DNA of 63,745 nucleotides, the filler included, from Octopus bimaculoides (lineage: Eukaryota), in the NCBI RefSeq assembly GCF_001194135.2. It is 5 parts of 5 records of this genome, joined end to end, with 100 filler letters (N's around TTAATTAATTAA, not from the genome) between each part and the next. Parts side by side here need not be neighbours in the genome. Positions count along the whole stretch, not along the records: positions 62,632 to 63,745 come from NW_026333021.1; 4 more parts are not named here. One strand, given 5' to 3'. The notes under the pieces are model-generated. The model was not told where the DNA came from, did not search any database, and saw nothing but the letters and a program-made list of their open reading frames with translations. How positions within the stretch are numbered: position 1 is the first letter of the stretch; each line of letters opens with the position of its first letter. Of the stretch, positions 62,831 through 63,745 are shown piece after piece. The position numbers and the translations under genes were made by a program.

Positions 62831-63483
62831 GACGCTGATTGTTCCAACAGCATAGATCATTGTCATCTCCTTGTGTTTCCTTGCCTGGTTGTCAATGGCA
62901 TTTCTGACTTTCTGTCTGTGACCTCCCAGTCGACGATTAAGTCTTGTTGCGCATAAATTTTGACAGGGCAATGGAGCACTTTTTAATCAAAGCTGAAAAA
63001 TGAATGCTTATGATTATAAAATCGATATTTAACTTCGAATTCAGTTGCCCCAATATTTACTATACGTTCATGTCTGCTGTATCTTTCTGCATTAGCGCAG
63101 TATATTAACAACTTTATTAAATAATCACCATCTCGTGAGCAATTCTGAACTTGAGCGATTGGTTTTGGCCAGTTATGTGCCTATCGTTTTCATTCAACCT
63201 TGAAGCATTTTAAGCTTTGATTTAACAGAAATTTTTACTAACTGAATAACTAATCTTCATTGAGATTCTGTTTATTATACTTATACCCAAGCGGAAAATG
63301 ATAACCTATTATGTTAACGATATAAAAATTTATAAACTCTCGACAGAACATGAAGTAATTCCATCTTTTTGGGGTGGGTGCGTGGGTGTGGGAGATAGTG
63401 GATATCGAAGTACATAGAGCTGTAAAAGATATTATGTAAAATTTTGGTTAAAAAACACTTTTAGATTGAAAAAAAAAATCGAT

Positions 63484-63546
63484 GACTGCCTGTTGGATTT
63501 GAACCCGCATTTCTTGTAGATATGACAGGCGTTCCACCATTAGAGC
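63484..63546 (-). other. Degenerate tRNA-like sequence (box B GGTTCAAATCC)
   Basis: rc GCTCTAATGGTGGAACGCCTGTCATATCTACAAGAAATGCGGGTTCAAATCCAACAGGCAG. No complete cloverleaf, so probably a SINE head or tRNA pseudogene. Confidence 0.4.
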
Positions 63547-63733
63547 AAAGCAATTCTTTGGATTTCTCAACCTATTTTAGAAATTTATTCTTACCATCGA
63601 GAATTGTATGTTGATAACATCATAAAATTTTATAAACTTTCGAGAGAACGCGCAACAATTCTGTACGACTACGAAATTCGTAGCTCTATTAGTTGTCACT
63701 CTTCGATTATATACTGAGTTTTACCATGAAATG

Positions 63734-63745
63734 TGGAGGCGCAAT
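63734..63745 (+). mobile_element. Start of an OR-like SINE at window end
   Basis: GTGGAGGCGCAAT equals the head of the copy at 4260 (rc). Confidence 0.5.

Noticed and set aside
62830-62971. GHRQKVRNAI resembles the SAM-domain GHRxKIxxAI motif
   Set aside because: The rest of the SAM pattern is absent, and the only strong acceptor (about 62990) gives stops in all frames before or within it.

Overview
Eukaryotic, AT-rich, microsatellite-saturated genomic DNA. The SINE and LINE repertoire resembles that known from Octopus, so the source is probably an octopus draft or pseudo-chromosome assembly (inference, no search run). I recognise no intact protein-coding gene, rRNA, true tRNA gene or CRISPR array, and almost all ORF-track entries are translated microsatellites or N-gaps. 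The window is mostly decayed transposable elements: many tRNA-derived SINEs of at least four types, a near-complete dead mariner, a second mariner fragment, several MITEs (Tc1/mariner-, hAT- and piggyBac-like), a Penelope-like RT remnant, a Helitron helicase remnant, an internally deleted Ty3/Gypsy element with one LTR, and RTE-type and R4/Dong-type LINE fragments. Four 100-bp N44-TTAATTAATTAA-N44 spacers are artificial scaffold joins that split the window into five pieces, and the middle two are visibly CpG-depleted. The most interesting signals are (i) five dispersed minimal type-I hammerhead-ribozyme-like motifs of the Penelope-associated kind, two of which share a non-canonical CUGUUGA core, (ii) two long inverted-repeat elements, and (iii) a candidate signal-peptide exon on the minus strand of an unidentified gene. 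All alignments and identities were judged by eye.
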